The notes under the pieces are model-generated. The model saw only the letters and a list, made by a program, of their open reading frames with translations. It was not told the DNA's origin and ran no database searches. From the NCBI GenBank assembly GCA_963666985.2, contig CAXXIA010000001.1, forward strand, positions 896,001 to 960,000: a DNA stretch of 64,000 bases, read 5' to 3'. The position numbers and the translations under genes were made by a program. Position 1 is the first letter of the stretch; every line of letters starts with the position of its first letter. The DNA comes from Spirochaetia bacterium. Lineage in GTDB: Bacteria; Spirochaetota; Spirochaetia; DSM-2461. Below, piece by piece: positions 49,746-59,585 of this stretch.

Positions 49746-50840
49746 TCAGCCGGCCTCCTTCGATGAACGTTCCAGCTTTCTATTGGCCAAAGCTTTACCG
49801 GCCCGATCAAGAAACCGTTCAATAAGCACGCTTGTGGCCGCGAAGTAGATGATCGTCGCGATGATGGTATCGCCGATTTGAGGCGGGATTTCCGTCATGG
49901 CGTTCATGAATCCTTTCCCTGAATGAAGAATGCCGAAGAAGAGAGCGGAGAAAAAGACTCCGAGAGGCGAGTTGGCCGCCAGAAGAGAAACGGCGATGCC
50001 GTCGAATCCCTGATTGGGAAGAACTCCGATTTGAATGTTCACCGCGTAGCCCGTATACAGAGTCAGGCCGCCTATTCCGGCCAGAGCGCCTGCGATGGTC
50101 ATGGACAGAACGATGTTTCGGTTTACCTTCATTCCGCCGTATTCGGCGGCAAAGCGATTAAAGCCGGCCGCTTTGAGTTCGTACCCCAGGACGGTCTTTT
50201 TTAAAATAATCCCGATAATCAGCACGACGATAATGGCGATGATAAGCCCCAAGTTGACATAAGAGCCGTCGAACATTTCAGTCAGCCAGGGAACGCGGAG
50301 AGAAGCGATATCCGGAATCTTTCGCGATTCGGTTTCCAGAAACTTTCCTTTGAAATATCTGGGGATTGTGTAGTAGACCACCCAGTACGCCAGCCAATTC
50401 ATCATGATCGTGGCCACGACTTCGTGAACATTGAAAAGAGCCTTAAGAAGTCCCGGTATAAATCCCCATAAAGCTCCGCCCACAATCGCGGCCAGGAACA
50501 TCAGGAGTAAAAGCAGAGGTTTGGGAAGAACCACCGTCAGAGCGACAACGGTGGCTGAAAGTCCTCCCGCCAAAAGCTGCCCGGAAGCGCCGATATTGAA
50601 AAGTCCGGTTTTAAACGCGAAAGCGACGGACAAACCCGTCAGGATAAGAGGGGTTGCGGTGGCCAGTGAATTCCCGATTCGTTCTATATTCATCAGACCG
50701 CCGCGGAAAAGGTAATAGTAGCCGGCGAAAGGATTGCTTCCGGTACAGAGCATGAAAATCGCACCGGCGATAAGGCCGAGAAACATGGCAATGAGCGCCA
50801 CCCAAATACTGCGCGGAATCTTGGGGAATTTTAATTTCAT
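49746..50840 (-). CDS. Nucleoside ABC permease (NupB-like)
   Basis: GLFNIGASGQ, HEVV.TIMMN, GYELKAAG.N, GFDGIAVSLL. Confidence 0.9.
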   Translation of the reverse strand: MKLKFPKIPRSIWVALIAMFLGLIAGAIFMLCTGSNPFAGYYYLFRGGLMNIERIGNSLATATPLILTGLSVAFAFKTGLFNIGASGQLLAGGLSATVVALTVVLPKPLLLLLMFLAAIVGGALWGFIPGLLKALFNVHEVVATIMMNWLAYWVVYYTIPRYFKGKFLETESRKIPDIASLRVPWLTEMFDGSYVNLGLIIAIIVVLIIGIILKKTVLGYELKAAGFNRFAAEYGGMKVNRNIVLSMTIAGALAGIGGLTLYTGYAVNIQIGVLPNQGFDGIAVSLLAANSPLGVFFSALFFGILHSGKGFMNAMTEIPPQIGDTIIATIIYFAATSVLIERFLDRAGKALANRKLERSSKEAG

Positions 50841-52366
50841 GATTCGGATCCTTTCGCCACACCGGCCATCATCAATCCGGCTTCATTTTCATCGATTTCG
50901 TCGGCATTCACCAAGCCTACAAGCTCTCCCTGACTGATCACGGCGATCCTGTCGGAAAGATCCAGGATTTCATCAAGTTCCAGGGAAACAAGGAATACGG
51001 CTTTTCCGGAGTCACGCTGTTCCACCAAACGCTTATGAATATATTCTATGGATCCCACATCCAAACCCCGGGTGGGCTGCACCGCTATCATGAGGCCCGG
51101 ATCGTGACTGATTTCCCTCCCCACAATGGCTTTCTGCTGATTCCCGCCGGATAAGGATCGTGCCGGGGTAACGCTTCCCTGCCCGGCTCGAACATCGAAG
51201 GCTTCGATGATTTTTTCCGAGTTTTTCCGAATCGCATCCCTTTTGAGAAAACCATGGCGATTAAACTCGTCTTTCCAGTAATTTTCCAGAATAAAATTGT
51301 CTTCAACCGAGTAATCGAGAACAAGACCGCGTTGCTGACGGTCTTCGGGGATGTGGGCCATCCCCATGGTAAAACGTTCCCGAATGCTTTTATCGGTTAT
51401 ATCTTCGCCGTTTAAGATAATGGTTCCGCTCTCGGCGCGGGTTAATCCGGTAATGGCTTCAACAAGTTCCGTCTGCCCGTTTCCGTCGACACCGGCCAAG
51501 CCTAAAATCTCACCTTCTCGAATTTCCAATGAAAAATCCTTTACTCCGAGGACTCCTCTCTTGTTCATCACGTTCAGATGTTTAATTTCAAGAACGGCTT
51601 TTCCCGCTTCGCGATCTTCCTTGTCAACGGTGAACGAAACTTCTCTTCCCACCATCATCCTCGCCATGGTTTCGGTATCGGTTTCATCGACATTGACCGT
51701 TCCGATAACTTTCCCGCGCCGAATAACGGTACAACGGTCGGCTATGGCCTTGATTTCTTTCAGCTTGTGGGTAATGAGGATAATGGATTTCCCCTCCGCG
51801 ATAAGGTTCTTCATTATCTGCATTAAATCGGTGATTTCCTGGGGCGTCAGTACGGCGGTCGGTTCGTCGAATATAAGAACTTCCGCGTCCCGATAGAGCA
51901 TTTTAAGAATCTCGACACGCTGCTGCATTCCCACCGAAACATCTTCAATCTTCGCCTCCGGATCCACATTCAGCCCATAATGCTCGGAAAGTTCTTTAAT
52001 TCTTTTCGAAGCGGAAGATAAATCCATTCCAAGCCCTTTGCGGGGCTCCAAGCCCAGTACGATATTTTCCGTTATGGTGAAATTATGGACAAGCTTGAAA
52101 TGCTGGTGCACCATCCCGATTCCCAGGTCGTTTGCCTGTGTAGGATTGGTAATTCTGACCTTCTCCCCCCTGACGCTGATACTGCCGCGATCCGGGTGAT
52201 AAAGTCCGAAAAGGATACTCATCAGCGTGGACTTGCCTGCGCCGTTTTCTCCAAGGAGGGCCAGAACCTCTCCTTTCTTCAGGATGATGCTGACATCGTC
52301 ATTGGCGACGATGCCGGGGAATTCTTTACGAATTCCCTTCATTTCAATGATTGGGATGTCCGCCAC
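50837..52366 (-). CDS. Nucleoside ABC ATP-binding protein (NupA-like, two NBDs)
   Basis: GENGAGKS, QQRVEILK, DEPT, LSGGNQQK, QPTRGLD. Confidence 0.93.
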   Translation of the reverse strand: MADIPIIEMKGIRKEFPGIVANDDVSIILKKGEVLALLGENGAGKSTLMSILFGLYHPDRGSISVRGEKVRITNPTQANDLGIGMVHQHFKLVHNFTITENIVLGLEPRKGLGMDLSSASKRIKELSEHYGLNVDPEAKIEDVSVGMQQRVEILKMLYRDAEVLIFDEPTAVLTPQEITDLMQIMKNLIAEGKSIILITHKLKEIKAIADRCTVIRRGKVIGTVNVDETDTETMARMMVGREVSFTVDKEDREAGKAVLEIKHLNVMNKRGVLGVKDFSLEIREGEILGLAGVDGNGQTELVEAITGLTRAESGTIILNGEDITDKSIRERFTMGMAHIPEDRQQRGLVLDYSVEDNFILENYWKDEFNRHGFLKRDAIRKNSEKIIEAFDVRAGQGSVTPARSLSGGNQQKAIVGREISHDPGLMIAVQPTRGLDVGSIEYIHKRLVEQRDSGKAVFLVSLELDEILDLSDRIAVISQGELVGLVNADEIDENEAGLMMAGVAKGSES

Positions 52367-52385
52367 AACCGATCTCCTCTTAGTT

Positions 52386-52417
52386 AAAAAAAAGGGGGAC
52401 GGCAGAGCCGTCCCCCT
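52386..52417 (-). terminator. Hairpin + U-tract after the BMP gene
   Basis: AGGGGGACGGC-TCT-GCCGTCCCCCT followed by a T run on the minus strand. Confidence 0.75.
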
Positions 52418-52432
52418 CGTCGTATGTTGAGT

Positions 52433-53530
52433 TTACTTGATCAGACTGCCCTGTTCCGCCGCAACGACGATTTGGCCGCCGGCGATTTTATCAAAAATGT
52501 CGGCGACTTTCTTCTCGACGGAAGAATCCAGATTGGGATTTTCGGTGGGAATGCCGACTCCGCCGTTGGAAGCATTCAAACGCAGGATTTGTCCCGCCGG
52601 GAATTTCCCGTTGAGTTCAGCCACGATCATATCGTAAGAAGCAACGTCGATATACTTCATGGCGGAAGTTAAGATAACGGAGTTTTTACCGTCATAAATG
52701 CCTTCGGGATACTGATCGACGTCCACGCCCACAATCCAGACCTTCTCGCCGTTTTTGGCCCTGGCTTTGGCTTCGTTAATACCGCCGATGCCCACACCGC
52801 CCGCGGCGCAGAAAATCACATCGACGCCCTTGTCGTACATACCGGCGGCAATCTGCTGACCGGCGGCGACATTGTCGAACGATCCCTGATAAATAACGTT
52901 GTCCGCTTTAATGACGACTTTGGTTCCCAATTCCTTGTTGGCATAAGCCAATCCCTGCTGGAAACCCCAGTTGAACTTCTGGACGGCCGGAATCTCCATG
53001 CCGCCGATGAAACCGGCTTCGCCTTCTTTCAGCTGAAGGGCGGTTGCGACACCGGCCAGAAATCCGGATTCCTGTTCGGCGAAATAAATGGCGACGACAT
53101 TGGGTTCAATTCGGAATTCCGAATAATCGGCGCTGTGAGGCTCACCGTCGATAAGGACGAATTTCGCATCGGGGTATTTATCCTGAGCGGCGAAAATCGC
53201 GGATTCGAACTTAAATCCGGGGGTAACGATGAATTTGTATCCGGCATCGTAAAGGTTACCGATTTCCTTGGTGTAATCGGCCTCCGTGGTTCCCGAAGGC
53301 TTGAGATACTTTTCTATAACCAAGCCTTCCGACGCCGCCTTGAGAATGCCTTCCCATGTTCCCTGATTGAAGGATTTGTCGTCGATGGTTCCGGCATCGG
53401 TAACCATACCGGCTTTCATTTTTGCTGCTGAACTTGAACCGGAAGCCGAACCCGAATCCGAAGAACCGCCGGCGAAAACCGCAAAAGCGGTAAGAGCCAA
53501 AATCGCGAATAGGGCAAATACTTTCTTCAT
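52433..53530 (-). CDS. BMP/PnrA-family nucleoside-binding protein
   Basis: TDAG.IDDKSFNQ.TWEG, F.EQESGFLAG, FIGGMEIPAV, GVDVDQ, TSAMK. Confidence 0.92.
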   Translation of the reverse strand: MKKVFALFAILALTAFAVFAGGSSDSGSASGSSSAAKMKAGMVTDAGTIDDKSFNQGTWEGILKAASEGLVIEKYLKPSGTTEADYTKEIGNLYDAGYKFIVTPGFKFESAIFAAQDKYPDAKFVLIDGEPHSADYSEFRIEPNVVAIYFAEQESGFLAGVATALQLKEGEAGFIGGMEIPAVQKFNWGFQQGLAYANKELGTKVVIKADNVIYQGSFDNVAAGQQIAAGMYDKGVDVIFCAAGGVGIGGINEAKARAKNGEKVWIVGVDVDQYPEGIYDGKNSVILTSAMKYIDVASYDMIVAELNGKFPAGQILRLNASNGGVGIPTENPNLDSSVEKKVADIFDKIAGGQIVVAAEQGSLIK

Positions 53531-53681
53531 TGACATTTCTCCTTTATTAGGTTGCACCTAGACTTTAAATATATCCGATGCGAAGGCCTGCTCGCAAGAA
53601 CATACGCTCTTGAGCCTTCATTTTAACAAAAACGGGAATCCGAAGTCTTGGAATCTACGATTTTGTCTGTTTTTTTGTTCA

Positions 53682-54878
53682 CTAAAGGGGGAAGTCCGTT
53701 CCTTCTCCTTTCGGATTCACATTTAATGATTTCTGTAAGGATACGGACAAATCCGCGAAACTGCCGCGAATCCCGATATCGGCGGCGGCGGCCGTCCGTG
53801 AAGAGTCCCCGATCCGTTCGGCGAGAATCGGAACATACTCCCGCGTATGGTCCGTTCCCTTGAATGTCGGATCGCATCCGTGGTCTCCGGTAACGGCAAG
53901 AATGTCTCCTTTGGACATCAAACGCTTCAGAGCGGGTATTGATTCGTCGATTCGAAACACGGCATCGTGATAGCCTTGAGGATCTCTTCTGTGTCCGTAA
54001 ATCATATCCGTATCCACGAGATTGACGAAAATAAACCGATCCTTTTTCGATTTTGCTTGCGCCAATTCCAAGGTTCGCTTCATACAGGCTTCATTCCCCG
54101 CGTCATGGTGGGAAAAGTCTATGCCCTGTTCATTGAAAATCGATCCGATTTTTCCGACGGCGTGGGTTTCCACTCCCCCATCGCGCATGTAATCAAGAAG
54201 CGTTTTTCCCGGCAGTTCGATAGACCAGTCATGGCGATCCTTCGTTCTGGAAAAACTTCCCGGTTTCCCTTCAAAGGGACGTGCGATAACGCGTCCGACA
54301 TTGTAAGGATCACACAGACGGCGGGCCGTTTCGCAGAGGCGATAGAGTTCGGGGAGCGGGAAAACATCGATATGCGCCGCTATCTGGAAGACCGAATCGG
54401 CCGAGGTATAACAGATGGGCTTGCCGGATTTCAAATGTTCTTCGCCCAACTCTTCGATGATAACCGTTCCCGAAGCGGCTTTATTGCCCAAAATGCCCGG
54501 TACGCCGGTTTCGGAAATAAATGAATGAACCAATTCGTCGGGAAACGAAGGGTGGCTCTCCGGAAAAACCGGGAACGGCTTCTCCAGAACGATTCCGGCC
54601 ATTTCCCAATGCCCCGTGGTTGTATCTTTTCCGGGAGATTTTTCGCTCATGGCGCCGAAAACTCCGGGAAGCGCCGTCACGGGCGGGCATCCGGGGATTT
54701 CCTCGCCTGTAAGCACGGCGACGTTTCCAAGGCCCATGGCTTGTAGATTCGGCCACTTGGCGCCTCCCACGGCCCGGCCGATGTGTACGGCCGTATTGGC
54801 GCCGACATCGCCGTATTCTTCCGCGTCAGGAAGAGATCCGATTCCGAAACTGTCGATAACAAGCAGAATGACTGTCAT
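53682..54878 (-). CDS. deoB: Phosphopentomutase
   Basis: IDSFGIG..PDA, GKDTTTGHWE, YTSADSVFQIAAH, GRVIARPF, DHGCDP, DHTREYVP. Confidence 0.96.
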   Translation of the reverse strand: MTVILLVIDSFGIGSLPDAEEYGDVGANTAVHIGRAVGGAKWPNLQAMGLGNVAVLTGEEIPGCPPVTALPGVFGAMSEKSPGKDTTTGHWEMAGIVLEKPFPVFPESHPSFPDELVHSFISETGVPGILGNKAASGTVIIEELGEEHLKSGKPICYTSADSVFQIAAHIDVFPLPELYRLCETARRLCDPYNVGRVIARPFEGKPGSFSRTKDRHDWSIELPGKTLLDYMRDGGVETHAVGKIGSIFNEQGIDFSHHDAGNEACMKRTLELAQAKSKKDRFIFVNLVDTDMIYGHRRDPQGYHDAVFRIDESIPALKRLMSKGDILAVTGDHGCDPTFKGTDHTREYVPILAERIGDSSRTAAAADIGIRGSFADLSVSLQKSLNVNPKGEGTDFPL

Positions 54879-54935
54879 ATGTTCCTCCCGGTCATTATGA
54901 GGCTCTTTTTACCTTTCTAATAATTCAAACGTATT

Positions 54936-56066
54936 CTAATCAAGATCAACGGCTCTGCGGTTATCTCTCAGACGGCCGGAAAGATAGACTTTATCAAGAT
55001 TCAGTTCGTTCGCGAGCGAAATGAGCTGATCGCGCCCCACGAGATTCTGTTCAACGAAGAGATAAGCCAAGGCTTTTTCGGCAATGCAGGGAACGAGAAG
55101 GGAATTCATGCAGATGGGCTGCGGATCGTTTCTGTCCATGTGGATTTCCCTTAACGAGGTATACAGGGCCGATTTCTCGGGGTCGTTTTTAAGCTGCGAA
55201 AGCTCGTTTTTCAGCGGCTTCAAGTCTCCCCGCGCGGCGGCCTCTCCCAGCGGTTTTAAGGTAAAGAAGGTGTATTCTTTCCCGGGCAGCCAGTGATGCC
55301 GATCGCAGCGCGTGCAGTAATCCGGATCGCGGGGATCTTTTTTATCGCGATCTCCTCCGATGATAATCAGCGGATCAAAGTACAGGGCCGGACATTCTTT
55401 GTCGTTCACCGAATAATATCGATACGTATAGAGAGAATCGCGAAGACAGTCCCGGTGCTCGCAATAAGCCGTCAGCGTGATGACATCCGTGGACGTTTCC
55501 AAGAGCAGCCGGGCCGTCGAATTGAATATCTCCCGTCTGAAATTCAGCACCAGAGTCGGATAAACGAAAAGCAGCCCCCGCTTTTCGGATTCCCTGGCCG
55601 TTACATAGGCCAGGCGTTCGTCGTAAAAAGAAGCTTCATCCACAATCCATGTACCGTGGCTTTGGTTGTCCAAAATAACCTTTTCAAGATCAAAGGAGTC
55701 CCTGATGCGGGCTATGCCCTCCCCGCATCGTTCGTATCCGCCGCGGTAGGCCAGCGCGTCTTCCGGATAATCCGGGAATCGTCCGGCATCAAGCATATTC
55801 CTGATGAAAAAAACCTTCCGCCTGTCGGCCCCTTCCGTGGTGGTGGCCGCGGCGATTTTGTCGGATTTTCTTAAGGCGATTTTCGCATCACGCCAAATTC
55901 CGGCGGAAAACTCCGTTTTCCCCGATCCCATGGGACCGATGACAAGGATGCGTCTGCCGACATGTGTAAAATCGAAATGATTCTTGGATCTGTGAATGCG
56001 GATATTCGGGAATCCGAGGCTTCTCAGAAAATCTGCGGCTTCGCCGGTCGCAGGCCCTCCGTTCAT
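54936..56066 (-). CDS. tdk: Thymidine kinase (long spirochaete type)
   Basis: GPMGSGKT, VDEASF, LNFR.E.F, AYCEH.DC, IIIGG, YCTRCD.H. Confidence 0.8.
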   Translation of the reverse strand: MNGGPATGEAADFLRSLGFPNIRIHRSKNHFDFTHVGRRILVIGPMGSGKTEFSAGIWRDAKIALRKSDKIAAATTTEGADRRKVFFIRNMLDAGRFPDYPEDALAYRGGYERCGEGIARIRDSFDLEKVILDNQSHGTWIVDEASFYDERLAYVTARESEKRGLLFVYPTLVLNFRREIFNSTARLLLETSTDVITLTAYCEHRDCLRDSLYTYRYYSVNDKECPALYFDPLIIIGGDRDKKDPRDPDYCTRCDRHHWLPGKEYTFFTLKPLGEAAARGDLKPLKNELSQLKNDPEKSALYTSLREIHMDRNDPQPICMNSLLVPCIAEKALAYLFVEQNLVGRDQLISLANELNLDKVYLSGRLRDNRRAVDLD

Positions 56067-56794
56067 GATTTCTCTTCCTCACGGGCATTGATAACAGGAT
56101 TCCGCAGCGTCCCGATCCCTTCGATTTCCACTTCAACGACATCTCCGGCTTTTATGGGCCCAACTCCCGCCGGTGTTCCCGTAAAAATCAAATCGCCTTC
56201 TTCCAGTGTGAACTGGCGGCTAATAAACGAAATCAGTTCGTCGACGGGGAAGATTAATAAAGACGTTCGAGATTCCTGAACCGTTTTTCCGTTTAATCGG
56301 GTGGTAATGGAGAGATCTGCGGCGCCGTTAAGATCTTCAGCCCGGGCAACCGCAGGCCCAACGGGGCCGAATCCGTCGAAGGATTTGCCGCGGAACCAGC
56401 CCGATCTGTCCGACCTCTGCAAATTCCTCTGGCTGACATCGTTTCCGCAGGTGAAGCCGAAAATAAATTCGGAGGCTTTCCCGCGGGGAATATCCTTTCC
56501 CTTTTTTGCAACAATCACCACCAGTTCGCCTTCATAATCGGTTCTTTCTTCCTTTGACCACGAGTAGTCTTGGATGACTTTCGGAATGGGAATCGGATCA
56601 CCGGAGGAGATGAGAACGTTGGGCGTTTTACAAAATAAGACGGGTTCGGAAGGAATACTCCCATCCATCCCGCGGACTTTTACCGATTCACTTTCGGCGA
56701 TATGTGCGTGATAATTCAAACCGACTGCGATAATCTTCGACGGACTTATTGTGTATGTATCCTGTGAGTTCAGGATTGGAAGCTGAATACTCAT
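56063..56794 (-). CDS. Fumarylacetoacetate hydrolase family protein
   Basis: KIIAVGLNY..H, DYEGEL, NDVSQR, GKSFDGFGP, GDLIFTGTP. Confidence 0.93.
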   Translation of the reverse strand: MSIQLPILNSQDTYTISPSKIIAVGLNYHAHIAESESVKVRGMDGSIPSEPVLFCKTPNVLISSGDPIPIPKVIQDYSWSKEERTDYEGELVVIVAKKGKDIPRGKASEFIFGFTCGNDVSQRNLQRSDRSGWFRGKSFDGFGPVGPAVARAEDLNGAADLSITTRLNGKTVQESRTSLLIFPVDELISFISRQFTLEEGDLIFTGTPAGVGPIKAGDVVEVEIEGIGTLRNPVINAREEEKS

Positions 56795-56801
56795 GTCCGC
56801 A

Positions 56802-56831
56802 ACTATACAACCGCCCCCCTTGGAGGGTGAA
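56802..56831 (-). promoter_or_regulatory. Putative leaderless promoter of FAH-tdk
   Basis: TTCACC-18-TATAGT-7 nt-ATG; no SD. Confidence 0.5.
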
Positions 56832-56929
56832 GCCGCGTTTTTTGAATATTAAGGGGCGCGGCATTCCATACCGATGGAGAAATAGGGAATACCGACTTTG
56901 TATATCGAAATAGAAATTGAGGTTGTCCG

Positions 56930-59446
56930 ATGCTGAAGAAGACTTGTCTCGCCGTATTACTTGTTCTGATTTCATACGCCCTTTGGGCCTCCGGAAAAAC
57001 AGATGAGGGCTCAAGCGATGTGGGTATTGAACAGCCCGGATCCGCGAGTAAAAAAAAGGCGACAATCCTTGATTTGGCGGAACAAGGCGATGCGGCCGGA
57101 ATTGAAAGCATGCTCAAGGTCGACATCAACCTTGATGAACGGAATGCCGAAGGATTAACGGCTCTTCATATCGCTTCACGTTCGGGAGATGCGGCCATCG
57201 TCGAAACGCTGCTGCGCCGCGGCGCCGCCGTAGACGCAATCGACGCAAACGGAAGAACTCCGCTTCTGCTGGCCGTCGAAGGAGGACATGCCGCCGTATG
57301 TACGGCGCTTCTTCATGCCGGAGCCGATATTTCCATCGCGGACAATTCGGGGGTATCGCCCGCGAAGGCGCTTCTGTCCGGCTCCGCGGCTCTTATACCC
57401 GCCCTGGTTACGTCTCAGAATGCCGATATCCCGGCGGTTGACGGAATTCCTCTTCTCCATGCGGCGGCCGCCGCCGGTAAAACCGATCATGTTTCGGCTT
57501 TGCTGAACGCCGGCGCCGATCCCAAGCGAAAGGATTCTGCGGGGAAAACACCTCTTGACGAGGCCCTTTCGGGGAATGTCGGCGTGAAAAAATGCGAGTG
57601 TGCCGCGATTCTTCTTCGCGGGGGCTCGCCGCCGCCCGCTTCCAAGGACTGGGCATACATAACAGAACCCCTCAGAAGTGGAAATACAAAACTTCGGTTC
57701 GATTACGGTTCCACGGCGCTTCATCTGGCGGCGGAACACGGTCAGGAGGGCATGGTCCGTTATCTGCTGAGCATCGGGGCGGATATCAACGAGCGGGATC
57801 AGCCCGGGAACACGGCCCTTCACATCGCCGTGAGGAAAGGCTACAGAACCATCTCGTCCTTATTAATCGATATGGGATCCGACGTGAATGTTCGCGACTA
57901 TAACGGGAATGCTCCGATTCATGAGTCTCTGACGGCCTCGGACGACTACGCGATTATGAAAATGCTTCTGGACAGAGGTGCCGATCCGAATGCAAAAAAC
58001 GGTTCGGGCAGCACGCCCCTGCATCTTGCGATTATTCTGAATGCCGAGGTTTCCGCCGTGCGGACATTGCTCGACTACGGAGCTTTGGTCGATTCGCGCG
58101 ACAGAAACGGCAACACCCCGCTTCTGCTGGCCGCCGAAGCACGCAACAAAGAAGATGCGGAGCTCCTCCTTTCCGAAGGAGCCGCCATCCACTCAAGAAA
58201 TAACAAGGGGCTGACTCCGGCAATTTCGATTTTGAAGTCGGGCGAAGAAAACAGCCGCTGGTTTTTTACCGGGAATCGGCTTCATGAGACCGACAACGAC
58301 GGTCTGAGCGTTCTTCACATCGGAGTATCCATGGGAATCGATACACGGACTCTAACGGTCCTGCTGGACGCGGGAGCTCCGCCGGATTTAAGGGATTTTA
58401 ACGGTGAAACGGCACTGCATTACGCGGTCTCTTCGATGCGAATGGATCTGGCTTCGATTCTTATGGATTACGGCGCCGATCCGTTCATGGAAAACAATGC
58501 CGGTATAACCCCGCTCATTCTTTCTTTCGAACAAGGCCCGGAAACCGCTACGCTGTTTCTTAAAGGCCGCATAGACATTACCGATGCGTGGGGATGCACT
58601 CCGCTGTTCCATGCCGTCCGCTGGGATTATCCCGAAGATGCCGCCGCCCTGCTGGAAGCGGGTGCCGATGCGGATTATCGCAATAATTACGGCGGGACAT
58701 CCTTGCATGAGGCGGTAAAGGCCAATTCACTGAAATCGGCGCAGTTGCTCCTCGACGGCGGAGCCGATCCGAATGCCGATGACGACTTGGGAAGAACCCC
58801 GCTGCATGACGCGGTTACTTGGGGTGCTTTTGAGATGGCCCGGCTCCTGGTGAAAAACGGAGCGGACCGGAATGCCCGAGACGGCGGCGGACAAACGGCG
58901 CTTCACATGGCTGCTTTCGCCGGGAACGATGATATTACCGAATGGCTTCTTTCTTCAGGAGCCGATCCGGATGTGAGTGACAACGACGGCCGTTCGCCCC
59001 TGTTCATCGCGGCGGAATCCGACAGTGTTTCAACGGCGGCGCTGCTGCTTCGAAACGGCGCGAATCTGAACCTGCGGGATAAAAACGGCCGGACGGTTCT
59101 TCATGCGGCGATCGCCTCGGGCCGAACCAAAGCCGCTTCGTTTTTTATTGATTCGGGAAGCGATATTTTCGCCAAAGACGCTTCGGGGATTTCACCGTTT
59201 GATTTGGCTCTGGAGGGCGGACCGGCCGTAATGGAAGCTCTCTGCACCCCCGCATTGGTGAGAAAGCAGGATAATAACGGCAACACGCCCCTTCATCTGG
59301 CGGTCGCGGCGAATGCCGACGAGAGGATCGTAAACATCATTCTTAATAAAGGCGCCGTCAGATCGGCAAGAAACGCATTGGGGAAAACTCCGGCCGATCT
59401 GGCCGTACAAAACGGGAATGAAACGCTTGCGTCACTGGTCCGCTGA
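56930..59446 (+). CDS. Secreted ankyrin repeat protein (about 23 repeats)
   Basis: Signal peptide; repeated G.TPLH.A...LL..GAD motifs. Confidence 0.93.
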   Translation: MLKKTCLAVLLVLISYALWASGKTDEGSSDVGIEQPGSASKKKATILDLAEQGDAAGIESMLKVDINLDERNAEGLTALHIASRSGDAAIVETLLRRGAAVDAIDANGRTPLLLAVEGGHAAVCTALLHAGADISIADNSGVSPAKALLSGSAALIPALVTSQNADIPAVDGIPLLHAAAAAGKTDHVSALLNAGADPKRKDSAGKTPLDEALSGNVGVKKCECAAILLRGGSPPPASKDWAYITEPLRSGNTKLRFDYGSTALHLAAEHGQEGMVRYLLSIGADINERDQPGNTALHIAVRKGYRTISSLLIDMGSDVNVRDYNGNAPIHESLTASDDYAIMKMLLDRGADPNAKNGSGSTPLHLAIILNAEVSAVRTLLDYGALVDSRDRNGNTPLLLAAEARNKEDAELLLSEGAAIHSRNNKGLTPAISILKSGEENSRWFFTGNRLHETDNDGLSVLHIGVSMGIDTRTLTVLLDAGAPPDLRDFNGETALHYAVSSMRMDLASILMDYGADPFMENNAGITPLILSFEQGPETATLFLKGRIDITDAWGCTPLFHAVRWDYPEDAAALLEAGADADYRNNYGGTSLHEAVKANSLKSAQLLLDGGADPNADDDLGRTPLHDAVTWGAFEMARLLVKNGADRNARDGGGQTALHMAAFAGNDDITEWLLSSGADPDVSDNDGRSPLFIAAESDSVSTAALLLRNGANLNLRDKNGRTVLHAAIASGRTKAASFFIDSGSDIFAKDASGISPFDLALEGGPAVMEALCTPALVRKQDNNGNTPLHLAVAANADERIVNIILNKGAVRSARNALGKTPADLAVQNGNETLASLVR

Positions 59447-59585
59447 TAATGTAAAGAACGGCTTTTTATTGTGACCACGTTGTAAGCCGTCCGTACGGGC
59501 TTGAATCCCCGTGCTCTTCAGACATCCTCATAAAAGTGCGTCGAAGATTTCTCATCAGGAATCTGAGAAGCCGAATAAGCTGCCC

